Source: Thermoanaerobaculia bacterium (GTDB lineage: Bacteria > Acidobacteriota > Thermoanaerobaculia > UBA5066). From it: 64,000 nucleotides of DNA. Below, one piece after another: positions 52,520 to 61,651 of the stretch; the first letter of the stretch is position 1, and the number at the start of each line of letters is the position of its first letter. The translations under genes were made by a program, and so were the position numbers. The DNA lies in NCBI GenBank assembly GCA_963719225.1, contig CAVRAY010000001.1:2624001-2688000 (forward strand). Reading direction: 5' to 3'. The notes under the pieces are model-generated. The model was not told the DNA's origin. It made no database searches and saw only the letters and a list, made by a program, of their open reading frames with translations.

Positions 52520-52559
52520 CTGGGTGAGTGCTACCTGAAAACCCGCGCGCCTCCGGACC
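52507..52559 (-). promoter_or_regulatory. Antiterminator pairing
   Basis: GGTCCGGAGG (52559-52550) is perfectly complementary to CCTCCGGACC (52516-52507), the terminator 5' arm and loop. Confidence 0.8.
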
Positions 52560-52591
52560 ACGATGGGCCGGCGGCGCGAAGCGCGGCCGGC

Positions 52592-52633
52592 TCAGCTGTG
52601 ATGCACGTGCCAGTGGCGCACGACGAAGATCAT
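52592..52633 (-). CDS. His/Trp-rich attenuator leader peptide MIFVVRHWHVHHS
   Basis: ATG ATC TTC GTC GTG CGC CAC TGG CAC GTG CAT CAC AGC TGA, immediately upstream of the antiterminator/terminator and the aro-his-trp genes. Confidence 0.85.
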   Translation of the reverse strand: MIFVVRHWHVHHS

Positions 52634-52642
52634 GACGGGTTG

Positions 52643-52672
52643 AGTAGACCCGAAACCCCGAGCCCCTGTCAA
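52643..52672 (-). promoter_or_regulatory. Putative sigma70 promoter for the leader and operon
   Basis: TTGACA (52672-52667, overlapping the cysS stop), 18-nt spacer, TCTACT (weak -10), 9 nt before the leader ATG. Confidence 0.5.
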
Positions 52673-54177
52673 GGCTTCCTCCTCCAACGCACGCCCTGGG
52701 GCGTGTCCTCGAGGACGATTCGCTTGCCGAGGAGCTCGTCGCGGATCGCGTCGGCGCCCTTGAAATCCCGGGCCTTCCGGGCCTGCCTTCGGGCCTCGAT
52801 GCGCTCCAGGATCCAGGTCTCGTCAAGGTCGATGGATTCGGAAGAGGATTTCTTGGAAGGTGAAGAGGGGACCGGCGCATCGGGAGCGGAAGCGGCCGAA
52901 CCCACCAGGATGCCGAAAACGTCGCCTGCGACCTCGCTCAAGAGACCTCGTGCGGCCGTCGCATCCGGCGCCGAAAGGTGCCCCGCTTCGAGATCCATGT
53001 TCGTCGCCTTGACGAATGAGAACAGCGCACCCAGGGCGGCGGCGGTGTTCAGATCGTCCTCGAGAGAGGAGAACACCGCGGCGCGCGCCGCCGTCACTCG
53101 CTCCGCGAAGCCCTCTCCCGCTGCCTCCGGCATATTCACCTTCGAAGAAATCTCCTCCTTTTCTCTTCTCCCCTCTCTCTCTCCCAGCCGCATGTCCAGC
53201 GATTCCAGTCGCTCGACCGCGGATGTCGCCGCCTTGAGCCCCTCGAGCGTGAAGTTCAGCTTCATGCGGTAGGGAACCGAGACGAGGAGATAGCGGATGG
53301 CGCGCGGCGAGAAGCCTTTCTCGAGGAGGTCGGGAAGCGTGTAGAAGTTCCCCTTGCTCTTCGACATCTTCTCGCCGTCCACGAGGAGGTGCTCGGCGTG
53401 GAGCCAGAGGTTGACGAACGTCTTCCCGGTCGCGCCTTCGCTCTGCGCGATCTCGTTCTCGTGGTGCGGAAAGATGTTGTCGACGGCGCCCGTGTGGATG
53501 TCGAAGGTCTCGCCGAGATACTTCATCGACATCGCGCTGCACTCGAGGTGCCAGCCGGGCCTCCCGCGGCCGAGCTCGGTCGTCCACGACGCGGACTCGG
53601 GCTCGCCTTCCTTCGCCGCTTTCCACACCGCGAAATCGCGGACGTCCTCCTTCTCGTACTCGTCGTCGGCGACGCGCGCTCCGCGTTTCACGGCCGAAAG
53701 GTCGATCTTCGAGAGCCTTCCGTAGGCCGGAAACGTCGCGATCCGGAACCAGAACGAGCCGTCGCTTTCGTACGTGTGTCCGCGGTCGGCGAGCTTCCGC
53801 ACGAGCGCGACCATCTCGGAGATGTGATCCGTGGCGCGAGGATAGAGCGCGGCCGGGACGACGCCGAGCGTGCCGAGGTCCTCGAAGAACGTCGCGATGT
53901 GCCCCGCCGTGAACTCGCGGAGCGGCAGCCCCGACTCCACGGCGCCACGGATCGTCTTGTCGTCGATGTCCGTGAGATTCATGATCTGGGTCGTCTCGAA
54001 AGAGAGAGCGCGGAACACGCGGCACATCACGTCCTCCCAGACGAACGTCCTGAGGTTGCCGATGTGCACGCGGTTGTAGACCGTCGGGCCGCAGGTGTAG
54101 AGCCCGACCTTCCCCTCTCGGACGGGTCTGAACTCCTCGACCGTGCGGGTCAGAGTGTTGAAGAGGCGCAGCGTCAC
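52669..54177 (-). CDS. cysS: Cysteine--tRNA ligase
   Basis: YTCGPTVY..HIGN, GRPGWHLECSAM, FPHHENEIAQ, KMSKS. Confidence 0.97.
   Translation of the reverse strand: MTLRLFNTLTRTVEEFRPVREGKVGLYTCGPTVYNRVHIGNLRTFVWEDVMCRVFRALSFETTQIMNLTDIDDKTIRGAVESGLPLREFTAGHIATFFEDLGTLGVVPAALYPRATDHISEMVALVRKLADRGHTYESDGSFWFRIATFPAYGRLSKIDLSAVKRGARVADDEYEKEDVRDFAVWKAAKEGEPESASWTTELGRGRPGWHLECSAMSMKYLGETFDIHTGAVDNIFPHHENEIAQSEGATGKTFVNLWLHAEHLLVDGEKMSKSKGNFYTLPDLLEKGFSPRAIRYLLVSVPYRMKLNFTLEGLKAATSAVERLESLDMRLGEREGRREKEEISSKVNMPEAAGEGFAERVTAARAAVFSSLEDDLNTAAALGALFSFVKATNMDLEAGHLSAPDATAARGLLSEVAGDVFGILVGSAASAPDAPVPSSPSKKSSSESIDLDETWILERIEARRQARKARDFKGADAIRDELLGKRIVLEDTPQGVRWRRKP
52841..53186. repeat. Inverted motif pair in the cysS C-terminal domain
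   Basis: Minus 52841-52867: CTCTTCACCTTCCAAGAAATCCTCTTC. Plus 53133-53186: TATTCACCTTCGAAGAAATCTCCTCCTTTTCTCTTCTCCCCTCTCTCTCTCCCA. Confidence 0.82.
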
Positions 54178-54298
54178 GTTGGGCGATTCTCGACGACCGC
54201 CCGGGATTTCGCCAGCGGACCGCCGCGGCTGCGGTTGGCACGTGTCTCGCGTGGCGGCCGCAGACCGGCCATCTTGACTCCACGTACGGAGGGATCCC

Positions 54299-55204
54299 TT
54301 GAAGAGAATCCGAGCAGCATCAGCCGCCCTTCTCCTCTTCCTGTCGACCGACCTGTCGGCAGCGGAACTCGTCCGCATGGTGCGGTACAAGCTGTCCGCC
54401 GGGGACCTCGCGAGCGGTGAGGCCGCCGCCGAGGAATACAAGCGAACGACCGGTGTGGACGCGGAGTATCTCGACGCCGTCGGCTGGCTCGCGCGCGGCG
54501 CCCAGATGCTCGGCCGGCGTGAAAAGGCGTCCGCGTATGCCGCCGAGGTCAGGAAGGCGATCCCCGCCGAGGATCACGCGCTCCTCGTGCCGCTGGGGGC
54601 CGCCATCGAGGTCGAGGGAAGGATTCTGCTCGCGGCGGAGGGCCGCGGCGCGGCGCTTCGTTTCTGGGAATCGGAGCTCGCGCGCGCCAAGGACCCTTCG
54701 CTCCGTTCGCGCATCCGGAAGAACATGAACCTCGTGAGCCTCGAAGGGCAGAAAGCTCCCGAGCTCGGCGGAACGGGATCGCGCCTCGCGAGCTTTGCCG
54801 GCAAGCCCGTCGTCCTTTTCTTCTGGATGGCGGGCTGCGGTGATTGCAAGGCGGAAGCGCCAAAGGTCGCGCGGCTCGCCGCGAAATACGGCTCGAAGGC
54901 GGTCTTCCTCGCGCCGACACGCCTTTACGGCAACGCCGGCGATGTCAAGGACCCCACCCCGGAGGTGGAGTCGGCCAACATCGAAAAGGTCTGGGCGGAG
55001 ACGTATCCCGGGCTCGCATCCGTTCCACGAACCATCGACACGGAGACGATGGTGCGCTACGGCGTCTCGGCGACTCCGACGTACGTCCTCGTCGACAGAA
55101 AGGGCGTGGTCCGCCTCTATGCGCCGACGCGTCTGACGGAGGCCGACCTCTCGGCCCGGATCGAGTCCTTGCTCGGGGAGTCCGTCCCCGCGAAAACCCC
55201 GTGA
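54299..55204 (+). CDS. Exported TlpA/thioredoxin-like protein
   Basis: Signal peptide, FWMAGCGDC (CxxC), YGVSATPTYVLVDRKG. Confidence 0.8.
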   Translation: MKRIRAASAALLLFLSTDLSAAELVRMVRYKLSAGDLASGEAAAEEYKRTTGVDAEYLDAVGWLARGAQMLGRREKASAYAAEVRKAIPAEDHALLVPLGAAIEVEGRILLAAEGRGAALRFWESELARAKDPSLRSRIRKNMNLVSLEGQKAPELGGTGSRLASFAGKPVVLFFWMAGCGDCKAEAPKVARLAAKYGSKAVFLAPTRLYGNAGDVKDPTPEVESANIEKVWAETYPGLASVPRTIDTETMVRYGVSATPTYVLVDRKGVVRLYAPTRLTEADLSARIESLLGESVPAKTP

Positions 55205-55226
55205 CGCCTGTGCGCTATCCTCGAAG

Positions 55227-56141
55227 GTGATGTTTCGATCGCCCGCCGCGCCTCCGCTGCTCCTCCTCGTGGACGACGACCCGTATCAGGCCGAAGTGGC
55301 GTCGTACATCGCCTACGAGCTGGGCTGCGATTTCGAGAGCGCTCTCTCGGGCACGGAGGCCCTCGAGAAGGTGGACGCGCGGAAGCCCGATGTCGTCCTG
55401 CTCGACGTGCGGATGCCCGACCTGTCCGGCTACGAGGTGTGCCGGCGCATCAAGACCGTCGGCGCGACTGCGGGAACGCAGGTGATCTTCGTGACCGCGC
55501 GCACCGAGGAGGAAGACCTCCTGCAGGGCTTCGAGGCGCTCGCGAACGACTACGTCACGAAGCCTTTTTCGGCGCGCGAGCTCAAGGCGCGCGTGAAGAA
55601 CGCGCTGCGCATCAAGGAGCTCCTCGACACGCTCACGGCGCGTACCCAGATCCTCGAGCTGCAGCAGGACATCTCGGCGAAGATCGAGGAGGAGGACGTC
55701 ACCACCGAGGACTTCCGGAGCCGGCTCCTCGTTCCCATCCTGGACCGGATCTCGTCCGTCTTCGGCGCCGACGGCGTGACGCTCCACGTGCGCCGCTCAG
55801 GAGGCGTCGAGCTCAGCGCGGCGGCATCCACCAACTGGCCGGGCGGAAATCCTCCGGAGTTCGTCGCGACCCTCGGCCTCGAGGAGGATCCGCGCACGGG
55901 ACGCGCCCCGCGGCTTCCGGGCGAGACGCGCGACGGCGCCATGGATTGGACGATCACGTCCGCTCCCGTGTTCTCCGGCCGCGAGCTCCTCGGGACCCTC
56001 CGCCTCTATCGCCGCGGGCCCCTTTCACCGCCGGGCCAGTCGCCTGAGCTCGAGCATCTCATTGCGTTCGCGGCCCACCTCGGCCGGATGCTTCACCGTC
56101 TCCAGCTCGTCGACGAGCTGCGCGCGAAGGCGGGAGCGTAG
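55227..56141 (+). CDS. Response regulator receiver + GAF-like domain
   Basis: LLVDDD, LLDVRMPDLSG, DYVTKPF. Confidence 0.85.
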   Translation: MMFRSPAAPPLLLLVDDDPYQAEVASYIAYELGCDFESALSGTEALEKVDARKPDVVLLDVRMPDLSGYEVCRRIKTVGATAGTQVIFVTARTEEEDLLQGFEALANDYVTKPFSARELKARVKNALRIKELLDTLTARTQILELQQDISAKIEEEDVTTEDFRSRLLVPILDRISSVFGADGVTLHVRRSGGVELSAAASTNWPGGNPPEFVATLGLEEDPRTGRAPRLPGETRDGAMDWTITSAPVFSGRELLGTLRLYRRGPLSPPGQSPELEHLIAFAAHLGRMLHRLQLVDELRAKAGA

Positions 56142-56148
56142 GTTTCGT

Positions 56149-56664
56149 TTACCAGGTCCCCTTCTTCTGCCGCTTGAGGACCTGGCGCAGGAGGAGCCCC
56201 TTCTTCAGCGGGGAGAGCCGGTCGACGTAGAACTTCTGGTCGAGGTGGTCGATCTCGTGGCAGAAAGCCCGGGCGAGAAGATCGCTCCCTTCGAGCGTCC
56301 GCTTGTTGCCGCGCTCGTCGAAGGCCTCCACGGTCACCCGCTCCGGCCGGTCGAGAGTTTCGACGAGGTCGGGAAGGGACAGGCAACCCTCCTCGTCGCG
56401 GATTCGTCCCTGGGTGTCCACGACGAGCGGGTTGACGAGGACGAGCAGCTGCGACGGGTCTTTTCCGACGGAGAGGTCCACGATCGCGACACGCAGGTTG
56501 ACGCCGATCTGCGGCGCGGCGAGGCCGATGCCCGGCGCCGCCCAGCAGGTCTCTTTCATGTCCTGGAGCAGCGCGGCGAGATCCGGGTCGTCGAAAACCT
56601 CGACAATTTCGTTTTTCGCGACGAGTCGCGGATCCCCATACTTGACGATCTCGCGTATGGCCAC
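56149..56664 (-). CDS. def: Peptide deformylase
   Basis: GIGLAAPQIG, EGCLS, HEIDHL. Confidence 0.95.
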   Translation of the reverse strand: MAIREIVKYGDPRLVAKNEIVEVFDDPDLAALLQDMKETCWAAPGIGLAAPQIGVNLRVAIVDLSVGKDPSQLLVLVNPLVVDTQGRIRDEEGCLSLPDLVETLDRPERVTVEAFDERGNKRTLEGSDLLARAFCHEIDHLDQKFYVDRLSPLKKGLLLRQVLKRQKKGTW

Positions 56665-56825
56665 ACGGTCTCCGGCAACGATCGGCGCGCTCCACTTTTC
56701 AGGAGAGGGGCGGCGGCGCGCGGAGATTGAAGGGCTTCCGGGGTCCGGTCAAGCGTCCCCGGCGGGGGACGAGAAGCCCGGCCGCCCGTGGTATGGAGGT
56801 CGCATAGGATTGTGTGAGGAACGTC

Positions 56826-58814
56826 ATGAATCCCCGCAGGCTGCCCGCGTCCGCATTCGCCGCCGCCCTCCTTCTCGCCACGGCGGGCGCGCCCGGCCGC
56901 GCGGAAGCCCAGCGAGAGGGATACACGTACCTCTCGTACGCGCAGGCCGACGTTCTCCTCGTCTCGAGCGCGGAGAGCGACGTCTCGGCCCTTGTCAACA
57001 TGCCGGTTCTCGCGGGCGACAGCCTGGTCACGGGAGTCGGGTCGCGCGCGGAGGCCGTGCTCGCCGACGGCAACGTCGTCCGCGTGGACGGGGTCACCGA
57101 GCTTCGCTTCGAGAAGATGGCGCGCACCTACGACGCGGACGACGACCAGGACCTTCTCTTTCTCGCGCGTGGAACGGCGGCCGTCGAGGTCCGCGACGTC
57201 GCGACGCGCGAACACGCGCTGCGACTGGACACGGACGACGCCACGGTTCTCTCCGCGTCCCGCGCCCTCTTTCGGGTAGACGCCGCGCGGCGCGGCACCG
57301 AGGTCTACGTCCTCTCGGGCAAGGTCGAGGTCCAGGGCCGCGTCGATCGAGCGCTCGTGCGCGCGGGCGAATACGCGTTCGTGAGCGGAGACAAAGAGAT
57401 CGAGGTCGAGGTGTCCGCGTCCCCTCGCGACCGGTTTGCGCGCTTCATCGAGGAGCGCCGGGACCGGACCGACCGCCGCGAGTCGACGCGCTACGTCTCG
57501 TCGGACTTCGCGTACGACTACGACACGGCCTCCTTCGAGGATTACGGAAGCTGGGTGTACGTCGCCACGTACGGTGCGTACTGCTGGCGGCCGCGCGTGC
57601 CGCCCGGCTGGACGCCCTACGCGCTCGGTTACTGGCGGTGGACGCCCGCCGGCATGACCTGGGTCTCCTCCGAGCCGTGGGGATGGCTTCCCTATCACTA
57701 TGGAACCTGGGTCTACGACGCCCTGCTCGGCTGGCTCTGGGTCCCCGGCGACGAGTACTCCCCCGCCTGGGTCTACTGGAGCTACACGTCCGACTGGGTG
57801 GGCTGGTGTCCGATCGGGTATTACTCGACGTACTACCGACATTCGCGCCGGGTCGGCGGCGGTCCGACTCCCCACGCCCGCACGGTCGTCGGCGGTCCGG
57901 TTCCCCACATCTACCCGCATCTTCGCGGACAGGTCGCGGTCGGGCAGATCGACCCGAAGGGATGGCACTACGCGCCGGCCCGGCGACTCGGGGTCCGACT
58001 CGATCCGGCTCGCGACATCGTTCGAGGAGACCGTGTGCCTTTCCGGCCGGGCGAGATCGGTATGATCGCGACGGCTCCGCTTCGCTTCGAGCGCGGCGGC
58101 AGCGTGTCCGCGTCGATCCAGGAAGCAATCCGCCGTGTCCCGGGCACGGAGAGCGGCAAGACGCCGGCCTCCGTGAACGACGGTCTCACGGCCGTCCTGC
58201 GGCGCGACCGCACGCTTTCGCCCGCCGCCCAGGACGATCTTCGCCGTGCCGTCGTAAGCGCCGGGCATGATCCCGCATACCGCCAGGCACCTCTCGAAAC
58301 CCCGCGCGGTGCGGACAAAGGCTCGTCCGCCGACTCCTGGCGCCGGGGATTGGACCGGAGCCCCTCGCGCGGCGCACCCGGTGAAAGTCCGGTCCGATCG
58401 GGACAGGCTTCCTCCCCTTCGCCCGAGCGGGGCATTTCGCGGCGTCGCGGAGAAGAGGGCTGGCGTTCTCCCTCCTCGGCGCCTCCCGCTCCGATCCAGC
58501 GCCGCGCCGAACCGCCGGCGCGCCACGACGATTCGGGCTGGCGAGCGCCGCAACCCCGCGTCATCGAACGGGATCGCGCTCACGACTCGCCGTCGCCGCG
58601 CGAGGCGCCGATGCGCGAGGCCCCCAGGGCCGCGCCGCAGTCCGCCCCTCCGTCCGCGCCCCATTCGGCTCCCGCGGCTCAACCGGCTCCGCCACCTCCC
58701 TCCCAGTCGGCTCCCGCGCCCCCGGCGCAATCGGCTCCCGCGCCCTCGCGGCGCGATGGGGCGATCCGAACGTTCGACCGGGCCGTTCCGGAAGAGCAGC
58801 TCCGCGTGGCCTGA
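56826..58814 (+). CDS. Secreted FecR-like + Trp/Pro-rich (DUF6600-like) protein
   Basis: Signal peptide, GD.L.TG..SRAE, YGSW...W.PY..G.W...WGWLPYHYG.W; Pro-rich tail with QSAPAP repeats. Confidence 0.75.
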   Translation: MNPRRLPASAFAAALLLATAGAPGRAEAQREGYTYLSYAQADVLLVSSAESDVSALVNMPVLAGDSLVTGVGSRAEAVLADGNVVRVDGVTELRFEKMARTYDADDDQDLLFLARGTAAVEVRDVATREHALRLDTDDATVLSASRALFRVDAARRGTEVYVLSGKVEVQGRVDRALVRAGEYAFVSGDKEIEVEVSASPRDRFARFIEERRDRTDRRESTRYVSSDFAYDYDTASFEDYGSWVYVATYGAYCWRPRVPPGWTPYALGYWRWTPAGMTWVSSEPWGWLPYHYGTWVYDALLGWLWVPGDEYSPAWVYWSYTSDWVGWCPIGYYSTYYRHSRRVGGGPTPHARTVVGGPVPHIYPHLRGQVAVGQIDPKGWHYAPARRLGVRLDPARDIVRGDRVPFRPGEIGMIATAPLRFERGGSVSASIQEAIRRVPGTESGKTPASVNDGLTAVLRRDRTLSPAAQDDLRRAVVSAGHDPAYRQAPLETPRGADKGSSADSWRRGLDRSPSRGAPGESPVRSGQASSPSPERGISRRRGEEGWRSPSSAPPAPIQRRAEPPARHDDSGWRAPQPRVIERDRAHDSPSPREAPMREAPRAAPQSAPPSAPHSAPAAQPAPPPPSQSAPAPPAQSAPAPSRRDGAIRTFDRAVPEEQLRVA

Positions 58815-58848
58815 GCCGCCGCCGGAACGCTCCCTCTACAATCAAGGC

Positions 58849-59136
58849 GTGGCGCGGCCTCGCAGCGGCAATCGTTTCCTTCGGGCTCTGTTCGTGATCT
58901 ATGCGCTCGAGGCAGGAGCGTTCCTGACGCTGGCTCCATGGGGACGGTACTGGACGGTGCGCGTCGTCGAGCGGTCTCCAGGGCGCACGCGCCCCTTCCT
59001 CGCCTCCTCGTACTTCCGCAGCTTCCTGCTCGGTCTCGGCCTGCTGCACCTTTGGGCGGCGGCCACCGAAATCGAGGCGTGGAGACGGGAGCCGCGGGAC
59101 GATGCCCCTCCCGACGCCCCGCGGGAGACCGCGTGA
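58849..59136 (+). CDS. Small membrane protein
   Basis: Two hydrophobic segments; TACAAT 6 nt before the GTG; GTGA overlap with acpS. Confidence 0.6.
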   Translation: MARPRSGNRFLRALFVIYALEAGAFLTLAPWGRYWTVRVVERSPGRTRPFLASSYFRSFLLGLGLLHLWAAATEIEAWRREPRDDAPPDAPRETA

Positions 59137-59561
59137 GCCTCCGCGTCACGGCCGGCGAGGGCCTGCCCCCGGGCTCTCTCGTCGTCGGTGTCGGGCTCGA
59201 TCTGTGCGAGGTCTCGCGCGTGGCGCGTGCCCTCGAACGGCACGGTACGCGGTTCGTCGAAAAGCTGTTCCGGCCCGGTGAGGTGCGCCGCTCCCCGGAG
59301 TCACCCGTCTATGCCGAGCACCTCGCGGGCCTCTTCGCGGCCAAGGAAGCGGCGATGAAGGCGCTCGGCACCGGGATGCGCGGGGTCTTCTTTCGAGAGC
59401 TGGCGATCGTCCGGGCGTCGGGAGGTCCGCCCCGCCTCGCGCTCTTCGGACGGGCGATTTCCTGCGGCGAGCGGCTCGGGGTGGCGGGTGCGCACGTGAC
59501 GATCACCCACACGCGGGAGCTCGCCGCCGCCGTCGTCGTGCTCACGGGCGCCCCGCACTAG
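59133..59561 (+). CDS. acpS: Holo-[acyl-carrier-protein] synthase
   Basis: GVGLDL, LAGLFAAKEAAMKALGTG, HVTITH. Confidence 0.9.
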   Translation: MSLRVTAGEGLPPGSLVVGVGLDLCEVSRVARALERHGTRFVEKLFRPGEVRRSPESPVYAEHLAGLFAAKEAAMKALGTGMRGVFFRELAIVRASGGPPRLALFGRAISCGERLGVAGAHVTITHTRELAAAVVVLTGAPH

Positions 59562-59573
59562 AATGGCGAACCG

Positions 59574-59966
59574 GTGAGCAGCCTTCCGCCGGGCCTCGCG
59601 GGCCGCAAGATCCTCGTCGTCGACGACGAGCCGACGATCCTGAAGATTCTTTCGTTCAAGCTGCGACTCACGGGCCTTCAGCCGATCGAGGCCACGGGCG
59701 GCGAGGAGGCCCTGCGCCTCGTGAGGGAGGAGGCGCCGGACCTCGTCCTTCTCGACGTCTCTCTCACTCCGGGCCTCACGGGCTTCGACGTCTGCCGGAT
59801 CCTCAAGGAGAATCCGGCGACGTCCCACACGCCGATCGTCATGCTCACGGCGCGGACTCTTCCGTCCGAGCGCGACCTCGGCCTGCGGCTCGGGGCGTCG
59901 AGCTACATCACGAAGCCCTTCTCGACGAAGGTCCTCATCCAGGAGATCGAGAAAGCGCTGAGTTAG
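59574..59966 (+). CDS. Single-domain response regulator
   Basis: ILVVDDE, LLDV, MLTA, YITKPF. Confidence 0.88.
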   Translation: MSSLPPGLAGRKILVVDDEPTILKILSFKLRLTGLQPIEATGGEEALRLVREEAPDLVLLDVSLTPGLTGFDVCRILKENPATSHTPIVMLTARTLPSERDLGLRLGASSYITKPFSTKVLIQEIEKALS

Positions 59967-60610
59967 CCGCCCCCGACTTTTCTCGGAGTGCCGCCGTGGG
60001 TGCCGCCGCCCTTCGGGCCGGAGCCCTTGGGGCCTTTCGGCGCCGTGTAGCCTTTCTTCTTCTCGGTGGGAGGGACCGGCTTCTTCTCTTTTTCGGCTTC
60101 GCCCTCGGCCGCTTCGGCCTTCTTCTCGGCCTTCTCGCCCTTGTCCTCGCCGCCCTTCCCAGAGACGAGCTTCTTCGCCTTCTCGAGGAGCGATTGCTTC
60201 TTCTCCTCGGCGGCCTTCGCCGCGACCTTCTTCTCGGCCTGCCGGTGCGCCCAGTCGAAGTCGATGAACTCGAGGATCGCCATCTCGGCGCCGTCGCCCG
60301 GACGCCGTCCGAGCTTCAGGATGCGCGTGTAACCGCCCGCACGCGACTGGAAGCGCGGCGCGATCTCCTCGAAGAGCTTCTTGACGGTCGGAGCTTCCGG
60401 GATCGTCTTCAGGACGAGACGGCGCGCGTGGAGTCCCCCGCGCTTCCCGAGGGTGACCATCTTCTCGATGAGCGGCCGGAGGTCCTTCGCCTTCGGCAGC
60501 GTCGTCTGGATGCGCTCGTGGGTGATGAGGGACGAAAGCTGGTTCCGGAACAACGACTTTCGATGCGCCGTCGTCCGGCCGAGCTTTCGGCCCGCGCGAT
60601 TGTGCTGCAT
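59963..60610 (-). CDS. rplQ: 50S ribosomal protein L17 with a long charged C-terminal tail
   Basis: [31 protein letters not shown]. Confidence 0.96.
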   Translation of the reverse strand: MQHNRAGRKLGRTTAHRKSLFRNQLSSLITHERIQTTLPKAKDLRPLIEKMVTLGKRGGLHARRLVLKTIPEAPTVKKLFEEIAPRFQSRAGGYTRILKLGRRPGDGAEMAILEFIDFDWAHRQAEKKVAAKAAEEKKQSLLEKAKKLVSGKGGEDKGEKAEKKAEAAEGEAEKEKKPVPPTEKKKGYTAPKGPKGSGPKGGGTHGGTPRKVGGG

Positions 60611-60617
60611 GGAACCC

Positions 60618-61589
60618 TCAGCGCCCCGCGCTGGCCGGGGACTCGAGCTTCATGCCGAAGGCGAGGCCCTTGTCGCGCAGGATGTCCTTGATCTCGTTCA
60701 GGCTCTTGCGCCCGAAGTTCTTGGTCTCGAGCATGTCCTTCTCGGTCTTCTGGACGAGCTCGCGAAGAGTGCGGATGCCGGCGTTCTTCAGGCAGTTCGC
60801 GCTGCGGACGGACAGCTCGAGCTCCTCGACGTTCGTGTCGAGAAGCGCGTCGAGCTCGCTCTGAGGCATCTCGGCGCCGGCCGTCGCGGTTGCCTCGTCG
60901 GTCTCCACGTTCACGAAGATCGCGAGGTGCTCGCGCAGGAGGACCGCCGCCACGCCGACGGCGTCACGCGGCGAGATCGTGCCGTTCGTCCAGACCTCGA
61001 TGACGAGCTTGTCGTAGTCGGTCGCCTGGCCGACGCGGGCCGCCTCGACGTGATAGTTCACGCGGCGAACCGGCGAGTGGGCCGAGTCGAGGGGGATCGT
61101 GCCGATCGGCGCCTCGGGATCGAAGTTGCGATCGGCGGGCACGTAGCCGCGCCCCTTGCTGACCGTGGCCTCGAGCCGCAGGCGGCCGCCGTCGGCGAGC
61201 GTCGCGACGGGCGCGTCGGCGTTGAGAATCTCGAGCTGCGCGTCGTCCTCGAACGCGTCGGCGGTCACGGCGCCCTTGGTCTTCACGTCGAGCGTGAGCG
61301 CTCGCGGACCCTCGTCATGCAGACGGATCGCGAGCCCCTTCAGGTTGAGAATGATGTCCGTGACGTCCTCGACGACGCCCGGCACGGCCGTGAACTCGTG
61401 CTCGACGCCCTCGATCTTCACCGCGGTGACCGCGGCGCCTTCGATCGACGAGAGGAGGACCCGCCGGAGCGCGTTCCCGACCGTCGTGCCCCAGCCGCGC
61501 TCGAGCGGCTGAGCCGTGAACCGGCCGTAGTTCCCCTTCTCCTCATCGACCTCGAGACGGTTCGGACGCTGAAAGCCCTTCCACAACAT
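60618..61589 (-). CDS. rpoA: RNA polymerase alpha subunit
   Basis: [42 protein letters not shown]. Confidence 0.97.
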   Translation of the reverse strand: MLWKGFQRPNRLEVDEEKGNYGRFTAQPLERGWGTTVGNALRRVLLSSIEGAAVTAVKIEGVEHEFTAVPGVVEDVTDIILNLKGLAIRLHDEGPRALTLDVKTKGAVTADAFEDDAQLEILNADAPVATLADGGRLRLEATVSKGRGYVPADRNFDPEAPIGTIPLDSAHSPVRRVNYHVEAARVGQATDYDKLVIEVWTNGTISPRDAVGVAAVLLREHLAIFVNVETDEATATAGAEMPQSELDALLDTNVEELELSVRSANCLKNAGIRTLRELVQKTEKDMLETKNFGRKSLNEIKDILRDKGLAFGMKLESPASAGR

Positions 61590-61651
61590 ATGTCACTCCT
61601 GGCCCTGCGACTTATCCGCTGTGCGGCGCGCGCGGGCTCCTTTTCGAACGG

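Noticed and set aside
52490-52670. T-box riboswitch upstream of the amino-acid operon
   Set aside because: No T-box consensus (AAT..GGTGG.ACC) or stem I was seen. The leader peptide explains the region.
24370-53186. The dispersed motif as a degenerate CRISPR array
   Set aside because: Copies are intragenic, on both strands and kilobases apart, with no constant repeat-spacer period and no cas genes.
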